Of a DNA stretch of 58,994 nucleotides, positions 9,243 to 20,500 are shown one piece after another. The stretch is from IMG/VR virus record IMGVR_UViG_3300033151_000226, positions 1-58,994 of that record. One strand, written 5' to 3'. The notes beneath the pieces were generated by a model. The model ran no database searches and had not been told where the DNA came from. It was given only the letters and a program-made list of their open reading frames with translations. Source of the DNA: a virus. Lineage: Duplodnaviria; Caudoviricetes. Every line of letters starts with the position of its first letter. The first letter of the stretch is position 1. The position numbers were made by a program, and so were the translations under genes.

Positions 9243-9496
9243 AGTTTCTTAGTCACAGGGATGCGCTAACAGAAGCAATGGAGAAAACCGCTATACCGTA
9301 CCCGGCTCGGCCCGGCGTGCACACGGAATGGAGTTACGACGTAACCCGGTTGGCCTTGGTCCTCATGGGCCTTGCACCAAACAGGGCAAGCGACGTGGCT
9401 TTCATGTTCGGGGGAATCCCCAGGAAGCGGCTACAATCAGGAGTTGATTACGTGAACGATCACAAACGAATGTCATTTAAGGGATCCACCGAATGA
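9239..9496 (+). CDS. Hypothetical protein
   Basis: ATGA-coupled ORF. Confidence 0.6.
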   Translation: MKFLSHRDALTEAMEKTAIPYPARPGVHTEWSYDVTRLALVLMGLAPNRASDVAFMFGGIPRKRLQSGVDYVNDHKRMSFKGSTE

Positions 9497-9795
9497 GTAA
9501 GGGTATAAAGGTTCGCTGCATTGGCGGGCCAGCTGGCGGCCAAGAAATATTGGTGCTTCACGGTGAAACGTTCCGCGTTCCAGAACACCCGGATATGGTT
9601 ACTTGCCCATCGTGCGCTGGTGCTGATATTTACTCTGAACCAGAACCTATCCACTCAACGACATACAAAATACAAATGCAACATTTTGACTCTGGCCACA
9701 AACACGCATACGCAATACCGGAAAAGAACCAGCTGGTGTCGGCTTTCAACGAAATGTGGCACGAATATAAGGAAAGTATGAGGATGAAGAATTGA
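9493..9795 (+). CDS. Hypothetical protein with CxxC
   Basis: 'IGGP..G' N-terminus, CPSC; coupled ORF. Confidence 0.6.
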   Translation: MSKGIKVRCIGGPAGGQEILVLHGETFRVPEHPDMVTCPSCAGADIYSEPEPIHSTTYKIQMQHFDSGHKHAYAIPEKNQLVSAFNEMWHEYKESMRMKN

Positions 9796-10238
9796 GTAGA
9801 AAACGCCCGGTAGACTGGGAGCACAAAGAAGCCGTGTTATTGATGGAATGGCGCAGACTCCAGGTAGGCGCATACCCACAATTAAGGCAACTGTTTCATA
9901 TCCCTAATGGCGGGAAACGGAACAGGATCGCTGGCGCAAAACTCAAGGCCGAAGGCGTGCGGCCGGGCGTAAGTGACTACTTGCTGCCGGTTATGCGTAT
10001 GAATTGGGAGAATCACGAGATCGAGTATTGCGGGCTCTGGATCGAACTCAAGGTAAAGGGCAACTACCCTACGCCAGATCAACATGAGTTTATGAATGAT
10101 ATGCGGGACCAGTCTTACGCGGCCTACTGGTGCTTTGGATGGGAACAGGCCGTTTCAATCCTTATGCAATACATGACCGGGAAACCGATAACAGCTGGCA
10201 GGGATCCAAAGCCGCGGGGATCCTACCAACTAAAATGA
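9792..10238 (+). CDS. VRR-NUC domain nuclease
   Basis: 'E..E', 'LFHIPNGGKR', 'LKAEGV.PGVSD', 'GLWIELK', 'P.Q..F'. Confidence 0.92.
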   Translation: MSRKRPVDWEHKEAVLLMEWRRLQVGAYPQLRQLFHIPNGGKRNRIAGAKLKAEGVRPGVSDYLLPVMRMNWENHEIEYCGLWIELKVKGNYPTPDQHEFMNDMRDQSYAAYWCFGWEQAVSILMQYMTGKPITAGRDPKPRGSYQLK

Positions 10239-10726
10239 AAAAACGGGGCGAACGTCAACACCATCAGATAGAAGTTACGTTCGGCCGCCGTCGTCGCATG
10301 GGTGAGTTATCCAGGGTGGCAAAGATTCGCCTTTATTCCTGGGGATCTGTGATCCGGGCCGTAATCATTGCTCAAGGCCCGGCCGCCAATCCTTACAACG
10401 AACAACCATTCACCAAACAAAGGGTAGATCTCGAAACGGTGCACGCTGTAGGCCAGCTGGCCAACAAGTTTGACGAAGCAGAAGAAGTGGACGGGTGGTT
10501 GTTTCCGTTGCGCGATAGATCCCCGAACGCTTACCGGGCCACGGTCATTCGATACATTGAGCGTGAGCACGGTGGCCACCAGCTCTCCATGGCAGAACAG
10601 GTCAGACGCTACAGTTACGCCACCGGCCAAAGCAAAAGGACGTATTACAACAACCTGGACCGCGTGTTGCAGCACGTCTGCGCCGAGATCCTACTGAAAG
10701 AAAACCCGGAGTTGAAATATGAATGA
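10235..10726 (+). CDS. Putative Q-like late antiterminator
   Basis: 'RL.SWG' N-terminus and HTH-like 'S.RTYY..L.R....V' C-terminus; position after nin-like genes. Confidence 0.55.
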   Translation: MKKRGERQHHQIEVTFGRRRRMGELSRVAKIRLYSWGSVIRAVIIAQGPAANPYNEQPFTKQRVDLETVHAVGQLANKFDEAEEVDGWLFPLRDRSPNAYRATVIRYIEREHGGHQLSMAEQVRRYSYATGQSKRTYYNNLDRVLQHVCAEILLKENPELKYE

Positions 10727-10991
10727 GAATTGCGATCACCAAACAGTCAAGTTGTACGAGCCTGGCGTGTGGAAGTGTATGGTTTGTAGGGCGGTATTCA
10801 TCCCTGAGATCCCAGGGCGTGAACAGCTTGAGAAGCAAACAGAGATCGAGAGATCTGCCATTGAAGTGAAGTTTCGCAAGGACAACGGCCAAGATCCCGA
10901 AGGCCAGCTACCTGAATACCTGTTCTGGAAGCTGCAATGGATCGAAGCCAATGCCAAGATTGATACCGTATGCGAGTATTTAAGGAAGTAA
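10719..10991 (+). CDS. Hypothetical Zn-finger protein
   Basis: 'C.H ... WKCMVC'; GGAG RBS. Confidence 0.65.
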   Translation: MNENCDHQTVKLYEPGVWKCMVCRAVFIPEIPGREQLEKQTEIERSAIEVKFRKDNGQDPEGQLPEYLFWKLQWIEANAKIDTVCEYLRK

Positions 10992-11146
10992 CGGCTCCTT
11001 GCAATACCGGCCGGGCGTGGGGTCATTAGGTAATCTGTTGTGCTGGTCCGTTACTTTCAGGCGTGGTTTATTTCTTTCCCACGCCGGACATAGTTATAAC
11101 AGCCAAGAGAACCCGCTGCGTCACCTTTTAACGAACGGAGAACGAT

Positions 11147-11575
11147 ATGTATTTTGAAGAACCCAAGCACATTAGAACCGTGTGCCCGTATTGCGGCCAC
11201 ATCGAAGAAGCCCGGCATACCGGCGATAAATATAGTGGGGTTGCTGTCTGCGGAAAATGCGTTAGTGAGTATGCGTACAAGATCAGTTTGGAAGTAGTCT
11301 CTACATCTTCAAGGGTCGAGTGGCTTCCAACGCACAGCCTAACTCCCAAGACGAAGTTGGTAGTCTCGGATATACCAAAAACACCAATAAAAGGCATGTT
11401 CTCTCTCAGGGCCGTAAACACGCTTCTTAAAAATGAGGTAACAACACTGGAAATACTATTAACCTACTCGGAAGTCGGGCTCTTGAAAATGCCGCTTATG
11501 GGTAAGAAAGTTCTTACAGAAATAAAAGACGCACTCGCCATGAAAGACTTGTCTCTAAGATCAAACTCGGCTTAG
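11147..11575 (+). CDS. Zn-ribbon fused to an RNA polymerase alpha-CTD-like domain
   Basis: CPYC/CGKC at the N-terminus; 'SLRAVNTLLKNEVTTLEILLTYSEVGLLKMPLMGKKVLTEIKDALAMKDLSL' follows the RpoA CTD pattern. Confidence 0.8.
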   Translation: MYFEEPKHIRTVCPYCGHIEEARHTGDKYSGVAVCGKCVSEYAYKISLEVVSTSSRVEWLPTHSLTPKTKLVVSDIPKTPIKGMFSLRAVNTLLKNEVTTLEILLTYSEVGLLKMPLMGKKVLTEIKDALAMKDLSLRSNSA

Positions 11576-14500
11576 TTACTTCCTACCAAACATCGGTGAG
11601 AAGTATTTGTAAGCCTTCGCGTCCTGGGCGTTCCGTCGCTCAATGATCTTATTGATCTTTTCGCGCTTCGCCTTCGGGTCCATCTTCGGATCTCTGTAGA
11701 TCCGGTCAATGGCCTTCCGCATCTTAGAGCGATCGCGGGCCCACTTGCCAATACGCTTGCGGGCTTTCAGCTGTTTGCGGTTATCTTCATCCATCAATCC
11801 CTCAATGCTCTCCCGATCGCCCTGCTTCTCATACGCCTTAACTGTGCCATACAGCTCGGTTACTTCCCGGTGGATCTCGTACATTTCAGTACCGTACCGG
11901 GTATTCCAGGCCGGGCCGGATCCACGATAGAAGCCGCCCAGGACTGGCAGCTGTCGCGCTGTCATTGCTGGTACTGGCGCCCGGCCCATGATCTCGCGTG
12001 TAATCACGTCGGCCGCCATGAGTGAGTAGCTTCCCAAGGTACCCATGTAACCACGTACCAAGAACTCGCCTTGTTTCGGTGATAGTCCCATGAGCTCAAG
12101 GAATGGGCCCATTGCTACCATCGTTTCGCTTGTCGAAGCGTTGTACCTGGACCGCTTCATCTTGTTGCGATCGGCCATACCTTCAATCGGCCGGCCAGTG
12201 AACATAGATTCATTTGCGAACACTTCCATGGCAGGCCGCATGATCTGAGGAATGGGGTTAGCCGCCATGGTATCCATAAGGGCATGGCCCATACGCTCGA
12301 ACAGTTTTTCGGGGGTGTCCTTGCCAATGGCGGCCCGGTACATTCTTTCCGGGATCGTGCCGTACAAGACACCCACTTCAAACGGTTTCGGGATCCGTGT
12401 ATGGAACTTAGTGCCCGGCATTAAGTGCCAGTACGCATCCTTATCCCATTCTTCCAGTGCTTCGTAATCCTCGTCACCGGAGTTAAGAGCTGCCAGTGCG
12501 GTACTGGCCAACGCGATCCACATGCCGCGCATGGCGATCTCTTTGGCAATCAGGCCCGGTACCGGCACCGCACCGCTGCGGCCGAGTTTGTATAAGCCTT
12601 GTAACCTGGCATTGAAGAACGGGAGCATATCGTTAAACATTTGGATCCACGCCCAGGATCCGTGCATAGAGAAGTCCATCAGATCCTTGGCTTCAAAGAT
12701 CGCTTGCCTACGTTCCTTGCCATTCTTGGTGGCAGCTTCGTAAACAGCTTCACGGTTAGCGTTCTCAACCGCGTCACCAACACGCCGCCAGCGATCCCAC
12801 ACGCCAGCTGTCAGATCAATGACGGTATCAAGGTGCTCTTGTATGTATTCATTGTCGTAACCCTTCAACCGGAGCGCGACACGGATGCTCTTGCGGGATG
12901 CGTCCGGGTCGGTGCCGTTGATGTAGCCGCCCTGGAAGGATCCACCGGCAAACATCATATCGAGCATACCGCCTTCTTCTTTGGCCGACTTATACAGGCC
13001 GTGCACACTGTCGACGATCGGTATGAAGTGATCCTCGTTGATAACCCAGGCGTGCAATGTATCTCGCGTGAAGTTTCGCGCCATGAAGCCGGGCTCTGAC
13101 GTAATCATGGTGGTGAGTAGCGTCTTGGCCGCACGCATTGGTAGGAACAGGCCGCGCAAAGATTCGATATTCACGTTGGTAAGCGACTTGAGCAACATCG
13201 GATCATTGACCCGGTAATACTCAGGCTTGCCGTCGCGCATGACCTTGACTACTTCCTTCCCGGCTGGTTCGGCCATGGCCCATAGTTTCGCTATTCCGTC
13301 GAATACTCCGAGCTGGCCCATCATATCGAGTATTTCTTCGGGGATCCCATCTTGCAGCATCATTTTCTTAATGCCGCCCCTGGGTATCAGTTTCGGATTG
13401 AACTTAATGCCTTCCTTGTCGAGAGCTCCGGTGCCGTCGAGTGCGTCAACTGTCTCCAGGACGGCCAGATTCTTCATAGACGCTTCAATCAGGTGATTGA
13501 AGTTCATAACGATGTTACCAAGTGGGTCAGATAGTGCGCTCTCGCCGCCGACAAGCCTGCGGATCCCGCTTGTCTGGTGTGATAGGCCCATTCCCTTGCC
13601 AAACTTGATCCCGCCACGCTGCCGGGCGTTATCTACGCGGTAAAAGGGTATCCAATCGGCTTTATCCCACACTGGCCGGGTTTCTTCGTCGATCAGGCCA
13701 GCACGTTCCGCGAGATCAAGGATCCTGCCTTTGAACTCGGCAAAGTCCTCGGCCACTTTTTCGTAGAGATCCTTACGCTGTACTGTCACGCCGTTGCGTT
13801 CCAGGGTGCCATTGGCCAGTTCAAGCCCGGCCGCGATATCGGTATCGTCGAAGTTGCGCTCTTTTTCTTCTTCCATCAAACGCTCGGCCCGGCGTGCGAT
13901 CATCCAGCCAAGGAAATCATCAAGCTCTTGTTTGACTGGCTCGAACACGTCCAGGAGCCCGCGGCTGCCCGGTACCTTGCTGATAACTCCACCACGCCAC
14001 TCAGGAGCGCCGTGTAGCAGGATCCCGCGCATTACACTCGCGGATCCCGTTGATAGCCTTGCTGCAATGTAACCATCCATTGCCGGGGTTTCTGTTTCGT
14101 CCAGGTAGTCCCGGTACGCACGCTTGATCCCGTAGAATTTATCGAACAGGCCGTGCTGTATCGCGTCTGAAAGGTTGCGCTTGGATTCGCGCCACTGGAT
14201 ATCCATGTAACCGCGGAAGGTATCAATCAAAGATCTGCGCTGGACCTTCATGCCAGCTTTCTTCATAAACTCTTTTTGTTCTTCGGTGTACTTGCGGTTG
14301 AAGGCCGGTTCCTGGCTGGCCAGCTTGTTGCGTAACGCAATCTGTCTGTGCAGTCTCTCTCTGGCCTTTTCGGACACGGCCCTTGCCGATTCCATTTCGG
14401 CTTCCAGTCGATCAACGGCCGGATCCTTGATGATCTCCTGCATCAGCTTGACCTGGCGTAATGGTTCGACGGTCGTTCCATTCTCCCAGTCGGCTTCCAA

Positions 14501-17500
14501 CTCTTTAACCCGCCTGCGTAGTTTCAGGTTCATTGAGATCTGTTCTTTCTTCGGGGCGGCCATAAACATCTTGGCAAACCGCAAACGCTCACCGATCTGC
14601 GCTACCTTATCCCCTGCTACCTTGAGATCGTAGTTCGCATCAAGCATTTGCTTTTCGAGATCACCGGATCTCCGTTTAGTAAACTCAGACTGGAACATTG
14701 GATCTTGCCCGGCCGGGGGCGTTTCGGCTTGGCTTTCTTCATACTGCCCAAGGATCTCTTGAACGTCCGATATCATGGTGCCCAGGTCCGTGAAGTATTT
14801 ACCGGATCCCATACCGCGGGCTTTAACCTTCTTCTGGAAGGATTTGAGGATATCAATGATTGCATCCAGGATCCGCTGGAATAGGTTGCGGTCTTTCTTC
14901 GCCAGCTCCCGGATAAAGACAGGATCCATGAAGGCGTCACCAACCACGTTGGCTACCATTTCCCGGAACATCTGAGTTTCGTCGTCGGCTTCTTGCCGGG
15001 CAGTGTCCTCGGTGTCCTCTCGCATCTTGTCGGAAAACTTTTTCAGGCCGCCGAGCTGCACATGACGCATGGCCACGTTGACGATCTGATCCCACAATTC
15101 CGGGTGAGTCTGTTCCAGGGTATGCGCTAACTCATGGCCAGTGACGCCCAGGAATGGATTTTGATTATCAATGTTGACGTAGATTGTCTTGGGATCACTG
15201 GGAAGGGCCACGCCGTTGAACGGGTAGTTTAGGTGTTCATCCCCGGTAGCCTTGAAGAATACGACTTTCTTACCGTAAACCCGCTGGACCGCTTTGACAG
15301 CTCCCGAAACTTCCGTCGGTGCCGCTACTTGCCGGTACGTTCCAGTCTTGACCTTCACGCCCAGGAAGCGGGCCATTGCCTGTTCGAGCTGCTTTGTAGC
15401 CGGGGTGATCCGGCCGAGCCCAACAACCAACCGCTTAACCTTGGCGCCGAAGCCGAGATCGAGCCCGTTCTTTGCGAACATCGGGAAGCTGGCCATAGCC
15501 GCGTCGTACATATCTTCGGTAATGGTGAGTGCGTGTTGCTTTGATGTGCCGCCGTGCAACATCTTGTCCATTGCGGCTTCGGCTTCATCCTTGGTATTAA
15601 ACCCGCCTTCGTAGGTGTAGCCCTCGCCGTCGGTAACGGCCCAGTTATTCATTCCCATCAGCTGCACCGTTACTTGGTGCGGATCCAAGGCTACGCCTTC
15701 GTCCTCCATGCGTTCGTCCAACTCGATCATATCGGTGGACATATCGCGCAAAAACCCTTCTTGAGCCGGGGTTATGCTTATGGATTCATTGGTTAGAATG
15801 TCGTCCGGGTGGCTAAAATGATCGCCCTGGTGATCGAGCATCTGGTTTTCATCCATCCAGTTTTCAAAGCGCGTTTCCAGATCCCCTCTCTCGCTGCGCC
15901 CTGGTTGTTTCGGGATCTCGATCTCACCTACCCGGCCGCCCCACTTCTTAACGAACTTGTTGGTTTCTTTGACAAGGATATTGTCGTAAAAGCCCTTCAT
16001 GCCCTCGCCGCCGACTTTCAGATCCAGGCCGGAGAACATATGGCCGTTGGTTCCGAGATCTATTTGCTCGGCCAACTCGTCTGTGACCTTGTTCACTCTG
16101 GTAAAACTCGCGCCAGCCTGCTCCATATCCGTAAGTTTTGATGATAGTTCTTTTTTCTTGGCCCGGCGTGCTGCTTCCGCTTCGAGTATCTTTTCAGCCA
16201 GTTCTTTGCCGACGTGATCTTCTAATGTTTCATCAGTCGGGTATATATTCTCAATACCGCCTTTCATCAGGCCGATCTCAAGCTCCCACTCGCGGTGCTT
16301 GTCGAGCCGCAACGCGCTACCTTCCGGTAGGTTCGACTGGACACGGCCCGGCCCGGAGCCCGGCTTGTACTTCGGTTTCGCGGTGATCCATTTGACGTGC
16401 TTGCTCAGATCGTAGCGTTCGGCCTGCTGCTGCCCGGTTGTCCAGGCAATCGTATCGTAGCCATTTTCAGCTGCATAACGGATCATCCGTTTCATGGCCA
16501 GCATATTCCAGCCTTTCTTGAATGGTGCGTCCGGTACGCCGCTGCGCTTGTTTATTGATCTGTAATATGTGTTTGCCAACTCTCTGGTGGAAAACGCTAC
16601 AGAAGGATCATGTACTGCACGCAATCGCCATTTTCCATTAGCTTCGTACACCATCCCGTCTGGTATTTCTTGTGATTTATACCCTTTCTTACGCCCGGCC
16701 TGGTGCCAGTCGCTCTGGATCTCCTCAATGAAAAGGATCGTTTCGCCGTTGGGCCCGGTGCGAGTATTGAAACGAATATGAACAATGATGTTCCTTTCGT
16801 CAAAGTGCTGTCCCTTGTAGGCGTCTTTCTCAACATCAACGGTCGTAGCTTCTGGTTTGGTAAGGTGCTTCTCGGCTTCTTCCCTTGTCGGGTAGCCTTG
16901 TTCGGACCATTCGCCATGTGCGGTTATCAGGAAATAATCAACTTCGCCGGTTTCATACCCACCACGAACAGGATCAAAGTCCCTGATCTTGTGCTCTCTC
17001 ACTTCCACGAAACCCTTTTGGGTTGTCCGGGTAACGGTTTCTTTCTGTACGGGGATCCGCAATATGAGCTCTTTGTATTTATCGCCGCCCGGTAGCTGCC
17101 AGTTTGCGTACTTCGTTGGAAAGCCGGTGTTTAGAATGTTCTCGTCGTTAAGTACCTGGGTGATAGCTTCTTCTTCGGTGGAATAGCTATCGGTAACGAT
17201 ATCCATTTCCTCGTCCTGGACATAAAACCCGTCCGGGCCTTCCACGACGCCAGCGCCAGTTGGCAGCATATCAATGGAAACAGTGTCAATCGTGTAGCTG
17301 ACCGCGCCCGCATTTTTGTAAGCCAACTTTGCGAACTCACGGTAAACGTGGTGCGGAAGGTTCTTGAAGATTACCTTGTCGCCTTCATGCCGGTAGTTGT
17401 AGTCCTCGTAACCTTCGGCACCCAAGTCTGTAAGATAGTTCTCTGCCGCGTCCGGGCCGTGTGGGGAGTGCTTGAAGTTGGCTTCGCCGGATACGGTAAG

Positions 17501-20500
17501 GAGACTTTCGCCCTTTTGGTCCTCGATCAACTCAAGCTGGTTTTCAGCTACAAAGTCCTGCAACTCTTTCCGGGTAGTGGATCCTTGCTCGTCGAGCCAT
17601 TCATCCAGGCCCATCCACTCGCGTTCCTCGGCTTTGAACTTGCCACCAGTCTGTACCATTTCGCCGGTTTTCTTACTGCGCTTCAATCCCTGCTGGCCGT
17701 TGAGCCACGTTTTATACAGTTCGGCCGTGCCTTTCTTCGGCATACCCTCGGCCTGGTTGACGGTTTCCACCAGTGCGGAGAAGAATGGATCCGTACCAGC
17801 TGGCACCTTCCTATGAAACTGGGGATCCTGCTCGGTATCAGCTGCCGGGGTCTTATCACTGTCGGCACTAAGCAGATTCATTACTACTTTGTACCGGGCC
17901 CGCGCCGTTTTCAGTTCCTCGGCCTGGGCGTATGGCTTCTTAATTGCTTCACGCTTAACGGCTAACGTTTCGGTATCTTCTTTCAGACTGTGCTTGGCAT
18001 AGGGGTTTTCTTCGTCATAGGAACTTACCCGGTTCTTAATTCTGGTAAGTGCGCCTTCGCCACTGAAACTATCAATGTGGGTGTATGATTTTACGTTCTC
18101 TACCGTCTTGCCTTCGATAGACATATACATCTCTAAGTTGCCCCACATGCTATGGGCCATGGACACATCAAAGCCGCGGTAGCTGAACAGCTTAACGGGC
18201 ATTGTGCCTGGATCTCGTTTCTTGTTGGCGACGTAACCCTTAACTACACTCTCGATCGCGGTAGCGGCCTTACCAACCTTCGTATAGTTGTTTGCGCCAA
18301 CCTGGAGAGAGAATTTATCTGGTAGTGGATTGGCTTCTCTTACAGCAACAAGCCTTTTCATACGATCTACTCTTTCTTCGTATCGGCCCTGTGGCCCGCC
18401 GTCTTTCTCAAGGCGCATGATTTCTTCTTCATCGTCAAATCGGCGTCTTGTGTGTGCGGTTTCACCCAAAGAGAGTTGATTGATCTTTTGGGATAACTCT
18501 ACTTGTTCCAGCATATAAGGATTGCCGGACGCTGCCGCTTTCATTTCTGCTGCGTTGGCTGCTTCCCCGCCGATATCTTCCATTACCCGGCCTGGGTTCT
18601 CTACGTACAGCTGCATGATGTACCGGGCTTTGGTTTCCTGTACTTGCCACATGCGAGAGTCATAGGTTGATTCTGTGGCGTATCGCTTGATCTCGATCTC
18701 GAACCCGTCTGGATCCTTGGCAAAGAAACTATTGCCGCGTCGAATGATCCGGCCTTCGCGCTGAGTTATATCAGCTGGCTTCCAAGGCGCGTCCAGGTGG
18801 TGAAGTGCGACAAGCCTTTCTTGCACGTTCATACCGGCGCCCATCTTGAAGGTGGACCCAAGCAGGATTCTGATTTTCCCGCTTCTTACTTGCTCAAATA
18901 GAAGTTGCTTACGAACGTCAGTGTTGTAATCGTGAATAAACGCGATTTCATTGTCCGGTATTCCCTGGACGGCTAACTTGGCCCGCATATCGTCATAGAC
19001 GGAAAACTGGGAAGTCAGTGCCGCAACGTCGTCTGGACTGTACCTGTCGAGCTTCTTCTGTGCTGGCTTGCTTATCGTCTGGTTCGGGCTATCTGCTTTA
19101 ACCAGTAGTTCACGATACTCCCGCTGCTCTTTCTTTTGGGTTCCCTTCGGGGTTGAGAGATCAATAAACACCAACTGGGTGCCCTTATCAGCGTTCCATT
19201 TGTCGTATGTCTTTTTGATGTTGCGAACAGCAACGTTCGTTTTACTGTCTGGATTGTCCGGTAACGATGGATCAATGAGTCGCATATCCAGCGCGGCCAA
19301 CCGTGCGTGGTATGTGATCGTAAGCATGTTGTCGTCGCCCTTGCCCGGCCTGGTGGGTAGGTTCTCGGCCCGGTGGACGATCTGTGCCATAAATTCGGCT
19401 TGCTCTGCGGATCTTTCAACAATTACGTTTTCAGGTTTGCCGCCCTTGATCTTCGGTATTGGCCAACGCTTGCCCGCTTCTGCGTGGGCCTTCATCAACT
19501 GTTCGTTGGTCATTTGGTCGGCAAAGGTTCGATAGATCCCTAACAACTCTGGCAGATTCTTGAACGATCTGAATCGTTCCTTCATCTTGTAGCCTTGCGC
19601 GGTTGAGTCGAGCTCTGCTTCCGATACGATATCGGCAAACAGGGCGGCCCAACCGTCGAACATATCCATGTTCCTTTCACGTAACAGGTTCGGGGCCACA
19701 TACCTGAACATGGTGTAGAGCTCGGCCACGGTATTACTTACCGGGGTGCCAGTTAAGAACGTAACCCCGCGCTGGCTACCGTTTATTTCCCTTGTGATCT
19801 CTGTCTTGAGATACAAGTCAGAAGCCTTTTGTGAGCCCTTGGTGTCGCCCAGGCCCGCAATGCGTGTGTGTTGGGTGGTGTAAAACAGGTTCTTGAACTC
19901 ATGCGCTTCGTCAACAACCAGATCATCAACGCCCAGTTCGCGCCAATCCATGAAGTCGTCAGTCTTAATCATGGACTGGTGGGCTTCTAACTTGGCCTGT
20001 AGTGATTCCTTCTTCTTTTGAAGCTCTTTGTATGACTTGTCGGACTTACCGGCCGCCACTTCTACCGCGGCTTGGCTTATTTCGAGATCCCGGATCTGCT
20101 TCGCGGTTTGCTTGGCCTTGTCCTCTGGTGACGTGTCTATCCGGCTAAAACTCGAATGAGCAACGATTACCGCGTCCCAGTCGCCCGTCGCTATCCTGGC
20201 AAAGAACTTCCGGCGATTGTCTTTCTGGAAGTCCTGTTTAGTCGCGGCCAGTACGTTCGCGTTCGGATAAAGGAAAGCAACATCTTCGGCCCACTGGGTT
20301 ACAAGGTGGTTCGGAACAACAATCATGGGCTTATTGACCAAGCCCATGCGTTTCTTTTCCATGATCGCGGCAATCGCTAAGAAGGTTTTGCCAGCTCCGA
20401 CAACATGATCTATCAGTCCGTACCCGTCTGATATCAGTCTCCAAGCACCATTCGCTTGGTGAGGATCCAGCGTGATCGAGTTGTTCATCCCAGGGAAGGT

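Noticed and set aside
10992-11146. Possible tRNA in the intergenic gap
   Set aside because: No T-loop (GTTCRA) or cloverleaf pattern visible
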